Shown piece after piece: positions 51,507 through 60,548 of a stretch of DNA of 64,000 nucleotides. Numbering within the stretch: the stretch's first letter is position 1; every line of letters begins with the position of its first letter. The notes under the pieces are model-generated. The model did no database searches, had not been told where the DNA came from, and saw nothing but the letters and a program-made list of their open reading frames with translations. Source of the stretch: Burkholderiales bacterium (lineage in GTDB: Bacteria > Pseudomonadota > Gammaproteobacteria > Burkholderiales > Ga0077523); the NCBI GenBank assembly GCA_019747905.1, contig JAIEQG010000040.1:2403-66402 (forward strand). The letters are read 5' to 3'. The translations under genes were made by a program, and so were the position numbers.

Positions 51507-52786
51507 GGCCGTTGCTCCCCTTGCGTGGCCCGGGTCGCGAAGTAAGTGAGCGCCGCGGAGGTGAACGCGCAAGCGGCGAGGAAGTACAGACCCATCTCGA
51601 AACTCTGGGTGCTCTGCTTGATCCAGCCCACGATGAACGGCCCGACGTAGCCGCCGAGATTACCGATCGAGTTGATCAGCGCGATGCCGGCTGCGGCCGC
51701 CGCGCCGCTCAGGAACATCGAGGGCATCGGCCAGAAGCAGGGGCGCGAGCCATAGAGTCCGATGGTGGCGACCGACATGGCGGCGATGGCCCAGTACGAC
51801 ACGCCGAACCACGCCGCGCCGCACAGGCCGATGCCCGCCACGATCGAGGCTGCGATCAGATGCCAGCGCCGCTCGTGCTTCCGATCCGACGACCAGCCCC
51901 ACGCAAGCAAGCCGAGCACGCCGATCGTGTAGGGGATCGCGGTGACCGCACCGGTCATCACGTTCGAGAAGCCGAAGCCCTTCACGATCTGGGGCAGGAA
52001 GAACACGATGCCGTAGCTCGCGGTCACGCTGGTCATGTATATGAAAGACAGCGCGATCACGCGCGGATCGGTAAGCGACTTCAGGAGGCCGAGGTGGCCG
52101 GCCCGTTCCACTTGCTTGCGCTCGGCCTGCAGCTCCGCGTCGAGCCACGAGCGCTCCTCGTCGGTGAGCCATTTCGCCTCCGACGGGCGATCGATCATCT
52201 GCTTCAGCACGACGAAGGCCAGGACGATCGCGGGCGTGGCCTCCAGCATGAACACCCATTGCCAGCCGTGGAAGCCGAGGATCCCATCCATCTCGAGGAT
52301 GGCGCCGGAGATGGCCGAGGCGATCGCGTTGGAGATTGGTACGGCGAGGAACAGTGCGGAGATGACACGCGCCCGGAAGCGAGCCGGATACCAGGTCGTG
52401 AGGTAGTAGATGATGCCGGGAAAGAATCCCGCCTCGGCCACGCCCAGCAGGAAGCGCAGCGTGAGAAAGCTCGCCGGTCCCGTGGCGAAGGCCATCGCTG
52501 CGGAGATGATGCCCCACGTGATCATGATCCGCGCGATCCAGCGGCGTGCGCCGACCTTGGCCAGCACCATGTTGCTCGGCACTTCGAAGATGGCGTAGCC
52601 GAGGAAGAAGATGCCCGCACCCCAGCCGTAAACGTACGAGCTGATGCCGAGATCCTTGTTCATCGTCAACGCCGCGAATGCGACGTTGGTGCGGTCGATG
52701 TAGGCGACCAGGTACGAGGCTACGATCAGCGGCAGCAGGCGCCACGAGATCTTCAGGATCGTTCTGCGTTGCAGCTCGGGAGTCAT
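51503..52786 (-). CDS. MFS transporter, anion:cation symporter (ACS)-like
   Basis: ILKISWRLLPLIVASYLVAYIDRTNVAFAAL..., GVAEAGFFPGIIYYLTTWYP. 12 TM-like segments. I used ATG 52786. Confidence 0.9.
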   Translation of the reverse strand: MTPELQRRTILKISWRLLPLIVASYLVAYIDRTNVAFAALTMNKDLGISSYVYGWGAGIFFLGYAIFEVPSNMVLAKVGARRWIARIMITWGIISAAMAFATGPASFLTLRFLLGVAEAGFFPGIIYYLTTWYPARFRARVISALFLAVPISNAIASAISGAILEMDGILGFHGWQWVFMLEATPAIVLAFVVLKQMIDRPSEAKWLTDEERSWLDAELQAERKQVERAGHLGLLKSLTDPRVIALSFIYMTSVTASYGIVFFLPQIVKGFGFSNVMTGAVTAIPYTIGVLGLLAWGWSSDRKHERRWHLIAASIVAGIGLCGAAWFGVSYWAIAAMSVATIGLYGSRPCFWPMPSMFLSGAAAAAGIALINSIGNLGGYVGPFIVGWIKQSTQSFEMGLYFLAACAFTSAALTYFATRATQGEQRP

Positions 52787-53083
52787 GGGGCGGGACCTGG
52801 ATACGGCTCGCGTCCCTCGGTTCCGCGGCGTGCGGGGCGTCTCGAGCCGCCGCAGCCGGCTGCCTCGCCAGGGACGAGGCGCGAGGCAGGCACAGGGCTC
52901 GTCGTCCGCCCCCCGGTAGCGGTAGTTCAACTACCCGAGAATGTCAGGCGGCCCGCTCGCCGGCAAGGCGCACTGCCGCAATGGGCCAACCGATTGCGTA
53001 GATGGGCCAGCCAAGCGTAGCCTCTAAGTCCCGCTCGATCCGACCGCCGCACAAGGCCGGACGTATTGTGGGGGGAGACCTAG

Positions 53084-54556
53084 ATGCGCTACACGAATGA
53101 CCCGGGCGGCACACGGCTGCCCATCAAGCTCGATACGACCACCAACGGCGAGTTCACGCCGATTCCGCTCGATGCGGTGCACCATGAGGCGAACCACCTC
53201 GCGTTGCAAGCAGCGGCGGAGCATGCGAACAAGCTGGCCCTCGGCAGACGGGGTTTTCTGGTGTCGGCTTGCGGCGCTGCAACGACGTTGCTCGCGATGA
53301 ATCGCGCCTATGCGCGGCACGGCAACACCGGCGGGTTCTTCGACGTGCCGAGCGACGCCCAGCGCGACCTGCAACTCGCGCGTGCCACGGTCGAAGGCGA
53401 CGAGTTCATCTTCGACGTGCAGGGCCACTTCGTGAATCCGACGGGCGCCTGGACCAAGCGTTTGCCGGAGACCGCGACGCCGCTGCGGCAGATGCCCAAG
53501 ACCAACGCCTGTGTGGCGGGGCAGGGTGGTGGCCGCCTCGACTATCTCAAATGCCTCGATGCCGACGAGTTCGTGAAGGACGTCTTCATGGACTCCGACA
53601 CCGATCTGATGGTGCTGTCCTTCGTGCCCTCCACGCGCGAGGGCGAGCCGCTCACCATCGAGGAGGCGCGTGCCACGGCGCAGATCGTGGAGCGGCTGGA
53701 AGGCACGCACCGGTTGTACATCCACGGACGCGTGAATCCGAATCAGCCAGGCGACCTCGATGGCATGGACGAGCTTGCATCACGCCACAAGATCGCAGCC
53801 TGGAAGACCTACACGCAGTGGGGCCCGGACGGGACGCCCGGTTTCTTCCTGGACGACGATCCCGGACTCGCGATGATCGAGAAGGCGCGCAAGCTCGGCA
53901 TCAAGAACATCGCCGTGCACAAGGGCTTGCCGTTCGGACAGAAGTCCTACCAGCACTCCACCTGTGTCGACATCGGCCGCGTCGCGAAGCGCTTCCCGGA
54001 CGTGAATTTCCTCATCTATCACTCCGGGTTCGTCACCACGGCGAAAGAGGGGCCGCACGATCCTTCGCGGGTGGATGGCGTCGACCAGCTGGTGACCAGC
54101 CTGCAGGTGAACGGTGTGAAGCCCGGGTCGAACGTCTACGCCGAGCTGGGTTCCACCTGGCGCTTCGCGCTGCGCGACCCCGATACCGCGGCCCACACGA
54201 TCGGCAAGCTGTTGAAGGCCTGCGGCGAGAACAACGTGCTGTGGGGCACGGATTCCATCTGGTACGGCTCGCCCCAGGACCAGATCCAGGCGTTCCGCAC
54301 GTTCCAGATATCGCCCGAGTACCGCGACAAGTACGGCTATCCGGAGATCACGCCGGAGATCCGGGCGAAAGTGTTCGGACTCAATGCCTTGAAGATCTAT
54401 CCGGTGCCCGCGGACGTGCTGAAGCGGCACGTGAAGGGCGACAAGGTGGCCCGCGACCGGCAGGAGTACCGGGCCGAAAGGCACGATCCCACGTTCCTCA
54501 CCCACGGGCCGAAGAACCGCCGCGAGTTCCTGAACTTCAAGGCCTGGGGAGGGTAG
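53084..54556 (+). CDS. Amidohydrolase-family (TIM-barrel metal-dependent hydrolase) protein
   Basis: A 490-aa ORF. Its C-terminal two-thirds resemble the amidohydrolase_2 family (IAVHKGLP..., LIYHSGF, VLWGTDSIWYGSP). A Tat-like RRGFLVSACGAATTLLA motif sits unusually far (about 55 aa) from the N-terminus. Confidence 0.8.
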   Translation: MRYTNDPGGTRLPIKLDTTTNGEFTPIPLDAVHHEANHLALQAAAEHANKLALGRRGFLVSACGAATTLLAMNRAYARHGNTGGFFDVPSDAQRDLQLARATVEGDEFIFDVQGHFVNPTGAWTKRLPETATPLRQMPKTNACVAGQGGGRLDYLKCLDADEFVKDVFMDSDTDLMVLSFVPSTREGEPLTIEEARATAQIVERLEGTHRLYIHGRVNPNQPGDLDGMDELASRHKIAAWKTYTQWGPDGTPGFFLDDDPGLAMIEKARKLGIKNIAVHKGLPFGQKSYQHSTCVDIGRVAKRFPDVNFLIYHSGFVTTAKEGPHDPSRVDGVDQLVTSLQVNGVKPGSNVYAELGSTWRFALRDPDTAAHTIGKLLKACGENNVLWGTDSIWYGSPQDQIQAFRTFQISPEYRDKYGYPEITPEIRAKVFGLNALKIYPVPADVLKRHVKGDKVARDRQEYRAERHDPTFLTHGPKNRREFLNFKAWGG

Positions 54557-54642
54557 CCCATCCGGAGGAGGGGCTACCCTCCCGGTGGGGAGGAGAATGT
54601 TGGTCCACCCTCATCCCCGGCCCTTCTCCCTCGGGAGAAGGG
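54551..54642. repeat. Hairpin-rich intergenic segment, REP-like in style but a different sequence
   Basis: Three consecutive hairpins: GGGTAGCCC...GGGCTACCC (spanning the stop codon), CCTCCCggtgGGGAGG, and CCCTTCTCCCtcGGGAGAAGGG. Confidence 0.5.
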
Positions 54643-54824
54643 GGGGCGCGGCTGACCAGGTTGTCTGCGATGGCGAGCGCTCTGCCTCTGTCGATGACGG
54701 GAAGGCCCTCTAAACCTTTCGAACCGTCAGATTTCTATTGCGGCTGTCGGGTTTATGCGCTTAGCATGAGTCCACCATAAGGTCCGCCCCGAGAACGGAT
54801 CCGCCGCCGTGAAGGAGACCAGCC

Positions 54825-56315
54825 ATGTCCCGCCGTAGCCATGTTCTCGTGGTGGCGGCCTCGCTCTGTGCCATGGCGGGGTTGTCGTCGAATGCCCATG
54901 CAGGTACGGCCATCGCGCTGTACAACCCGTGGAATCACGGGACTGCGCTCCCGGGCCTGAGCGGGGTATTCGTCAACGAGCAGGCGGCCAACCGGGTCGA
55001 ATTCGCACACGCGTTGTTGTATCCCAGGCTTGGGGATCTCTCCGACACCGACTTCAACTCGTTCGAACCGTTCTACGCGGGGGGCGCAGGGTCCGTCTTC
55101 GTCAACTCCCCGTCGAACCTCCAGAACTACGGTTCCTTCGTTCGGCACTACAACAGCCCGCTCACGCAGAGCCCCTACCGCAACCTGCACCTGATCCCCG
55201 TGAGTCAGGTGTCGGGGAACCAGTGGAACTACTTCGACCCGATCTCCGTGCAGTCGTCGGCGCTGGGAAGCCCGGGATTCGTGAACAATGCCGGGGTCGC
55301 CCAGTTTGCGTCGAGCTACGTGGACACGGGCATCGGTTCGGCCGCAGGGTCCATCGGTGCCAACGGCGAGATCAAGCTCAACGTGGACATCGTCCGGTCG
55401 ATCCAGGGCGCCACACCCGTGGCCGAAGGCGCCTTGCAGGGCACGTACACCGACACATTCAAGGTGACCGGCCCGGGCCCGACCGTCCAGGCCACGGTCA
55501 GTTTCGCGGCCCGCGCGACCGCACCGGTCCTCGATTTCTCGAAGGGCGATTTCTTCACCTACGCGGTCGGCTATCAGGCGTCCATCTACGAGGTGCGGCA
55601 AGAGGAGGTGGGCCTGCCGGGCGGGCCTCAGCGGGTGGTCCACGAGCACTGGGCGGCGAGCGACTTCTACTGGATGGATGCCCGGCTGGTGGATGCCATC
55701 CCCGACCCGCTGACAGTCGTGCCCGACACGCTTCGCATCAAGTCGATCGGCCGCGAACCCCCGAGCGAACCGGGAGTCACGCAGAGTCAGGTGGTCCTCG
55801 AGTCTTACCCCGGCGAGGAGATCTACGACGACGAAGGCAACTTTCTCGGCTACGAACCCGACACCCCTTACGCCTTCATGGACGTGCGCGAGCGCTCGTT
55901 CGACCTCATGACCGACGGGCTCCCGGTATACGACGATCCGCTCATGCCGTTCCTGAGTGGCACTACCTCCGGCGAGACCCGCTACAACCCCGCGACCGGC
56001 CTGCTCGAACTGGTGCCGGAAGTGTTTCTGCCCACAGGCGTCGACCTGCACCTGATGGTCAACTTCTTCGTGATCGCCGGGTGCAGCGATGTCGGATTCG
56101 CGGCCTGCGATATCGGTATCGACGGCAGTCACACCGCCGGAATCGGCATCAAGTTCGCCGATCCGGAAGTGTCGTTGTCGTCACTCAACGGCTTCAGCTA
56201 TCCGCAGACGGCGCTGGTGCCGGAGCCGGAGACCTATGCGTTGATGCTGGGTGGGCTGGCATTGGTTGGCCTGGTCGCACGGCGGCGTTCCCGCGGGGTC
56301 GCGCAGAGCAAGTAG
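54825..56315 (+). CDS. PEP-CTERM sorting-domain protein, uncharacterised family (paralogue 1)
   Basis: Signal peptide MSRRSHVLVVAASLCAMAGLSSNAHA. The C-terminus VPEPETYALMLGGLALVGLVARRRSR has PEP, a TM helix and a basic tail. A GAAGGAGA RBS is present. Confidence 0.85.
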   Translation: MSRRSHVLVVAASLCAMAGLSSNAHAGTAIALYNPWNHGTALPGLSGVFVNEQAANRVEFAHALLYPRLGDLSDTDFNSFEPFYAGGAGSVFVNSPSNLQNYGSFVRHYNSPLTQSPYRNLHLIPVSQVSGNQWNYFDPISVQSSALGSPGFVNNAGVAQFASSYVDTGIGSAAGSIGANGEIKLNVDIVRSIQGATPVAEGALQGTYTDTFKVTGPGPTVQATVSFAARATAPVLDFSKGDFFTYAVGYQASIYEVRQEEVGLPGGPQRVVHEHWAASDFYWMDARLVDAIPDPLTVVPDTLRIKSIGREPPSEPGVTQSQVVLESYPGEEIYDDEGNFLGYEPDTPYAFMDVRERSFDLMTDGLPVYDDPLMPFLSGTTSGETRYNPATGLLELVPEVFLPTGVDLHLMVNFFVIAGCSDVGFAACDIGIDGSHTAGIGIKFADPEVSLSSLNGFSYPQTALVPEPETYALMLGGLALVGLVARRRSRGVAQSK

Positions 56316-56411
56316 TCCCGGTTTCACAACGACAGGTCGGCCGCGCGTCGCGGCAATCCTGACTGAACAAGAATAGCCAACAACACTCGACAGCAATCCA
56401 GGAGATCTGTC

Positions 56412-57830
56412 ATGCCGAATCGCCGCCATGGACTTGGGGCTGCCGCCACGCTGTGCCTCCTTGCAGGGCTACCATCGTCCGCGTCTGCGGGCGTCGCCAT
56501 TGCGCTGTTCAACCCCTACAACCATGGCTACCAAGGGGTCAACGAAATCGGCACCGGGCGGGTGCCCATCGCACACGAGATTCTGTTCCCCTCGCTCGGG
56601 GCTCTCGGTGACACGGACTACGTCGTGTTCACGCCGTTCTACGCGAACCCCACGAACAGCGTGTACATGGGGCAGTCCTACATTCTGGAAAACGACAATT
56701 CGTACCAGGTGGTCAACGCCAACCCGTTCGCGAGCACCTATCGAAACCTGCACATCTCCTCGTATCCGACCGCCGGCAGTTATGCGTTTTTCGACCCCAT
56801 CGCCTGGGGTTCCTCATCCATGAGCAGCCCCGGGTTCACGGCGAATGCCGGAACCTTCGGCCTGACCTCGCCCAACGTGGACACCGGCGTCGGAAGCGCT
56901 GCGGGTTCCGTGAGCAGCAACGGGGAAATGAAGCTGAGGGTGGACATTCTCCGGTCCGGATTCGGCATGACGCCGGTCGCCGAGGGTGCGCTCCAGGGGA
57001 CCTTCACCGACAAGTTCACCGTCAACGGCAGTGGTCCGTCGGCAGCGGCCACCATCAGCTTCGCGGCACGGGCCAGTGCGCCCACGCTTGATTTCACCGA
57101 CGGCGACTTCTACAACTACGCTGTCGGCTACCAGATGGCCGTGTACGAGCGCACGACGTTCCAGCAGCTGGATGAAGACGGCAATCCCTTCGGGGATCCG
57201 TTCCCGGGCATCAAGGAGCACTGGTCGGATCGGGGCTTCTACTGGATGGACGCTCGGCTCGAGCGCGATCCTTTCACGCAAACTCCGCAAAACATCCGCA
57301 TCGAGTCGCTCGGCGACGCGCCGCCTGGCGTGCAAGGCATCGATTACGCGAAAGAGTTCATAGAGACCGCGAATGACTACAGCCCAGACAGCGGCGAGTT
57401 CACCGCTTACCGATACATCCGGGACATTCCGGTCGACCCGGCCGATCCGACGAGCCTCCAGTTCGACGATCCGATGATGCCGTTCAGCAAGACGTCGATC
57501 TCCGGCAAGTACGAAATGGACGTCTTCGGGAACTTCGGTCCGCGCTTGGGTGATATCGAACTGCCGACGGGCGTCGAACTCGAACTGGTCGTGAACTTCT
57601 TCGTGATCGCGGGCTGCAGCGACCTGGGCACACGATCCTGCGAAATCTCCATCGACGGCAGCCATACGGCCGGCGTCGGCATCAAGTTCGCTGATCCGGC
57701 AGTGTCGTTGTCGTCGTTCAACGGATTTTCCTATCCGCAGACGGCGCTGGTGCCGGAGCCGGAGACCTACGCGTTGATGTTGGGTGGGCTCGCACTGATC
57801 GGCTGGGTGGCGAAGCGCCGCAAGGGTTGA
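56412..57830 (+). CDS. PEP-CTERM sorting-domain protein, uncharacterised family (paralogue 2)
   Basis: Collinear with paralogue 1 (IALFNPYNHG, TPVAEGALQGTFTD, FYWMDARL, NFFVIAGCSD, IDGSHTAGVGIKFADP). The C-terminus is VPEPETYALMLGGLALIGWVAKRRKG. Confidence 0.85.
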   Translation: MPNRRHGLGAAATLCLLAGLPSSASAGVAIALFNPYNHGYQGVNEIGTGRVPIAHEILFPSLGALGDTDYVVFTPFYANPTNSVYMGQSYILENDNSYQVVNANPFASTYRNLHISSYPTAGSYAFFDPIAWGSSSMSSPGFTANAGTFGLTSPNVDTGVGSAAGSVSSNGEMKLRVDILRSGFGMTPVAEGALQGTFTDKFTVNGSGPSAAATISFAARASAPTLDFTDGDFYNYAVGYQMAVYERTTFQQLDEDGNPFGDPFPGIKEHWSDRGFYWMDARLERDPFTQTPQNIRIESLGDAPPGVQGIDYAKEFIETANDYSPDSGEFTAYRYIRDIPVDPADPTSLQFDDPMMPFSKTSISGKYEMDVFGNFGPRLGDIELPTGVELELVVNFFVIAGCSDLGTRSCEISIDGSHTAGVGIKFADPAVSLSSFNGFSYPQTALVPEPETYALMLGGLALIGWVAKRRKG

Positions 57831-57840
57831 CTCGCCGCTT

Positions 57841-57931
57841 GCCCCCACCCTAGCCCTCCCCCAGCAAAGCTGGGGGAGGGGACGTACTACTCCTTCCCCC
57901 ACTGAAGGTGGGGGAAGGTCGGGATGGGGGC
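57841..57931. repeat. REP-like nested-palindrome repeat, copy E
   Basis: GCCCCCACCCTAGCC / CTCCCCCAGcaaaGCTGGGGGAG (compensated stem) / CTCCTTCCCCCACtgaagGTGGGGGAAGG / TCGGGATGGGGGC. Confidence 0.85.
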
Positions 57932-58029
57932 AACGATGGTTGTCCTCGGCGAAGGCCACGCATCTGTGCGCGACATTCCCGGTAAAGTGCCATCTCACGG
58001 GCCGCGACGAGCCAGGCGAGGAGGCGTTC

Positions 58030-59055
58030 ATGGTTGGACGGTGGAAAGGCGGCGACCCGAACGCGCTGCGCATGTGCGTGAGCGCATGGCGCCTGCGTGC
58101 GATCTCGATCCTCGCGTCGATCGCAGTCCTGGCAGCGGTGCCCGCGCTCGCCATCGCGCAAGCACTACCCGATCCCATCCGCGTCATCGTACCCGTCGCT
58201 GCCGGCAGCAGCCTCGATGCTCGCGCCCGCGTCGTCGCAGACGCGCTCGGCAAGCGTTTGCAGCGCCGCGTGATCGTCGAGAATCGCACGGGCGCCGGCG
58301 GTGTCGTCGGCACTTTGTTCGTTGCCCGTGCGAAGCCCGACGGCGCCACGCTGCTGTTCACCAACAGCGCCCACGCCATCAGTGCCCACCTGCAACGCGA
58401 TCCGGGTTACGACCCGGTACGCGACTTCACGCCGGTCGCCTCGGTCTACGAAAGCGGCATGGTGCTGGTGGCGCATCCCGATCTGAAGGTTTCCTCGGTG
58501 AAGGAACTGATCGCGCTGGGCAAGGTGAAGGGCGAGTCCCTCAACTACGGATCGAGCGGGACGGGCAGCCTGCCCCATATGGGCATGGAGGTCTTCAAAC
58601 GGGCCACCGGAATGACGTTCGCCCATGTTCCCTACAAGGGTGACAGCCAGGCGTTGGCCGACGTGCTGCCCGGACGCATACCGCTCATGATCAGCGGCTA
58701 TCCGGCCTCTCAGCCTTCGGTCGAAGCCGGCACCCTGAAGGCACTGGCGGTCACGAGCCCGACTCGTGCGTCGGTCTTTCCGAACGTGCCGACCATGGCG
58801 GAACTGGGCTATCCCGATGCGACGGTGAACGTCTGGACCGGCTTCTTCGCGCCCGCGAAGATGTCGCCGGTACTGGTGGATCTGCTGCATCGCGAGGTCA
58901 ATGCGGCGGTGGCCACTCCCGCCGTGCAGGAGCATTTCGCTGCCACCGGCGCTCGTTCGATGACAATGTCGCCGGCCGCCTTCGGTGCCTTCGTTGCGCA
59001 GGAGAACTTGCGCTACGCGAAATTGGTGGCGGACCTCAAGCTGAAGGAAGAATGA
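58030..59055 (+). CDS. Bug-family (TctC-like) substrate-binding protein
   Basis: GAGGAGG lies 8 nt before ATG 58030. A signal-like [23 protein letters not shown] is followed by [25 protein letters not shown]...[15 protein letters not shown] 58072 is an alternative start. Confidence 0.85.
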   Translation: MVGRWKGGDPNALRMCVSAWRLRAISILASIAVLAAVPALAIAQALPDPIRVIVPVAAGSSLDARARVVADALGKRLQRRVIVENRTGAGGVVGTLFVARAKPDGATLLFTNSAHAISAHLQRDPGYDPVRDFTPVASVYESGMVLVAHPDLKVSSVKELIALGKVKGESLNYGSSGTGSLPHMGMEVFKRATGMTFAHVPYKGDSQALADVLPGRIPLMISGYPASQPSVEAGTLKALAVTSPTRASVFPNVPTMAELGYPDATVNVWTGFFAPAKMSPVLVDLLHREVNAAVATPAVQEHFAATGARSMTMSPAAFGAFVAQENLRYAKLVADLKLKEE

Positions 59056-59080
59056 TGGACTGCTTGACGCCAGAGGTCCG

Positions 59081-59932
59081 GTGGTGAAGGCCGACGTACT
59101 GCTCGACGGCGCGCTGTCGGTCGTCGACTATCGCTGCGACTCCGGACCGGCCGACCGGCCCTTCGCGGAATGCCATCGTACCCATTCACTCTCGTACGTG
59201 CGCCGCGGCAGCTTCGGCTATCGCACGCGCGGCCGGGACTTCGAACTGGTCGCCGGCTCGATCCTCGTGGGGTATCCGGGTGACGAATACGTGTGCACCC
59301 ATCAGCACCATGAGTGTGGCGACGAGTGCCTGTCGTTTCAGCCGAGCCCGGCCTTCGTCGACGCCATCGGGGGCGGCCCCGAGGTGTGGAGAGTCGCCTG
59401 CGTGCCGCCGCTGCCGGAACTGATGGTGTTGGGCGAACTCGCGCAGAGTGCGGCGGCCGGGGAGTCCACGGTCGGCCTCGACGAGGCGGCGTTATGGTTC
59501 GCATCGCGATTCGTCGAGTGTGTCTCCGGGCGTGAAGCGAAGGCGTTACGCGCACGAGCTGCCGATCGACGGCGGGCGGTCGAAACCGCTCTGTGGATCG
59601 ACACGCACGCAGCCGACGATATCGACCTGGAGGCCTCGGCGGCCCATGCCGGCTTGAGCCCGTTTCATTTCCTGCGCGTGTTCTCGAAGGTGGTCGGCGT
59701 CACCCCGCATCAGTATCTGGTTCGTGCGCGTCTGCGTCGTGCCGCGCGCTTGCTCGCGGACGGCGCACGACCGGTCACCGACGTCGCGCTCGACGCGGGG
59801 TTCGCCGATCTGTCCAACTTCGTGCGCACGTTCCGCCGTGCCGCCGGTGTGTCGCCGCGCGAGTTTCGCCGACGTTCGCGCGGGGAGCGCAAGATTCTCC
59901 AAGAAAGGCTCGCGTCCGCCGGCGCACGATGA
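59081..59932 (+). CDS. AraC-family transcriptional regulator
   Basis: C-terminal HTH pair ([30 protein letters not shown]...[28 protein letters not shown]). GTG start. Confidence 0.85.
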   Translation: MVKADVLLDGALSVVDYRCDSGPADRPFAECHRTHSLSYVRRGSFGYRTRGRDFELVAGSILVGYPGDEYVCTHQHHECGDECLSFQPSPAFVDAIGGGPEVWRVACVPPLPELMVLGELAQSAAAGESTVGLDEAALWFASRFVECVSGREAKALRARAADRRRAVETALWIDTHAADDIDLEASAAHAGLSPFHFLRVFSKVVGVTPHQYLVRARLRRAARLLADGARPVTDVALDAGFADLSNFVRTFRRAAGVSPREFRRRSRGERKILQERLASAGAR

Positions 59933-59956
59933 TCTCCCCTGAACGAGGAGAGCGTC

Positions 59957-60325
59957 ATGTATGACCATATCGGTTTGAAGGTGAAGGATCTGGGCGTTGC
60001 CGTGCGCTTCTACGAGGCAGCGTTGGGTGCACTCGGACACGTCGTGGCGTCGCACGAGGCGTCGTACGCGGGCATCGGCCCCAAGGGCGAGCCCGGGCTC
60101 TGGCTGTATCAGTCGGACGGTCCGACCGGACCGGGCATGCACGTGGCGTTTCGAGCCGCTGATCGTGCAGCGGTGGATCGGTTCCATCGCAGCGGCATTG
60201 CTGCGGGCGGCAAGGACAACGGCAAACCCGGGTTGCGGGCCGACTACAGCCCGACGTACTACGCCGCGTTTCTGATCGACCCGGATGGCAACAATGTCGA
60301 AGCGGTGTGCATGGCGGCGAAGTAG
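59957..60325 (+). CDS. VOC-family (glyoxalase/bleomycin-resistance/dioxygenase fold) protein
   Basis: MYDHIGLKVKDLGVAVRFYEAALG...HVAFRA...YYAAFLIDPDGNNVEAV, a typical small VOC protein. 122 aa. Confidence 0.85.
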   Translation: MYDHIGLKVKDLGVAVRFYEAALGALGHVVASHEASYAGIGPKGEPGLWLYQSDGPTGPGMHVAFRAADRAAVDRFHRSGIAAGGKDNGKPGLRADYSPTYYAAFLIDPDGNNVEAVCMAAK

Positions 60326-60345
60326 GCGGTCTCTAGCCCCCATCC

Positions 60346-60451
60346 CGACCTTTCCCCGCATCCACGGGGGAAGGAGCGTACGGCTCCCTGCCCCGGCGAT
60401 GAGGTGTACGCACCTTCCCCCACCTGTGGTGGGGGAAGGCTGGGATGGGGG
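60346..60451. repeat. REP-like nested-palindrome repeat, copy F (variant module order)
   Basis: GCCCCCATCCCGACC / TTTCCCCGcatccaCGGGGGAA / spacer / ACCTTCCCCCACctgtgGTGGGGGAAGG / CTGGGATGGGGGC. The outer arms GCCCCCATCCC and GGGATGGGGGC are mutually complementary. Confidence 0.8.
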
Positions 60452-60548
60452 CCGGGCGGTAGCAGTTGCTTGATGCCCAGGGACTACCCGATCCTTCGTC
60501 CCTCGACGACAATGCCGGCACCATGTCGCCCCCGGTGGATCGACAGCG

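Noticed and set aside
53269-56362. 503-aa and 477-aa alternative-frame ORFs overlapping the amidohydrolase and first PEP-CTERM genes.
   Set aside because: They are Arg/Pro/Gly-rich, and they overlap ORFs that have signal peptides, PEP-CTERM anchors or amidohydrolase motifs in another frame.
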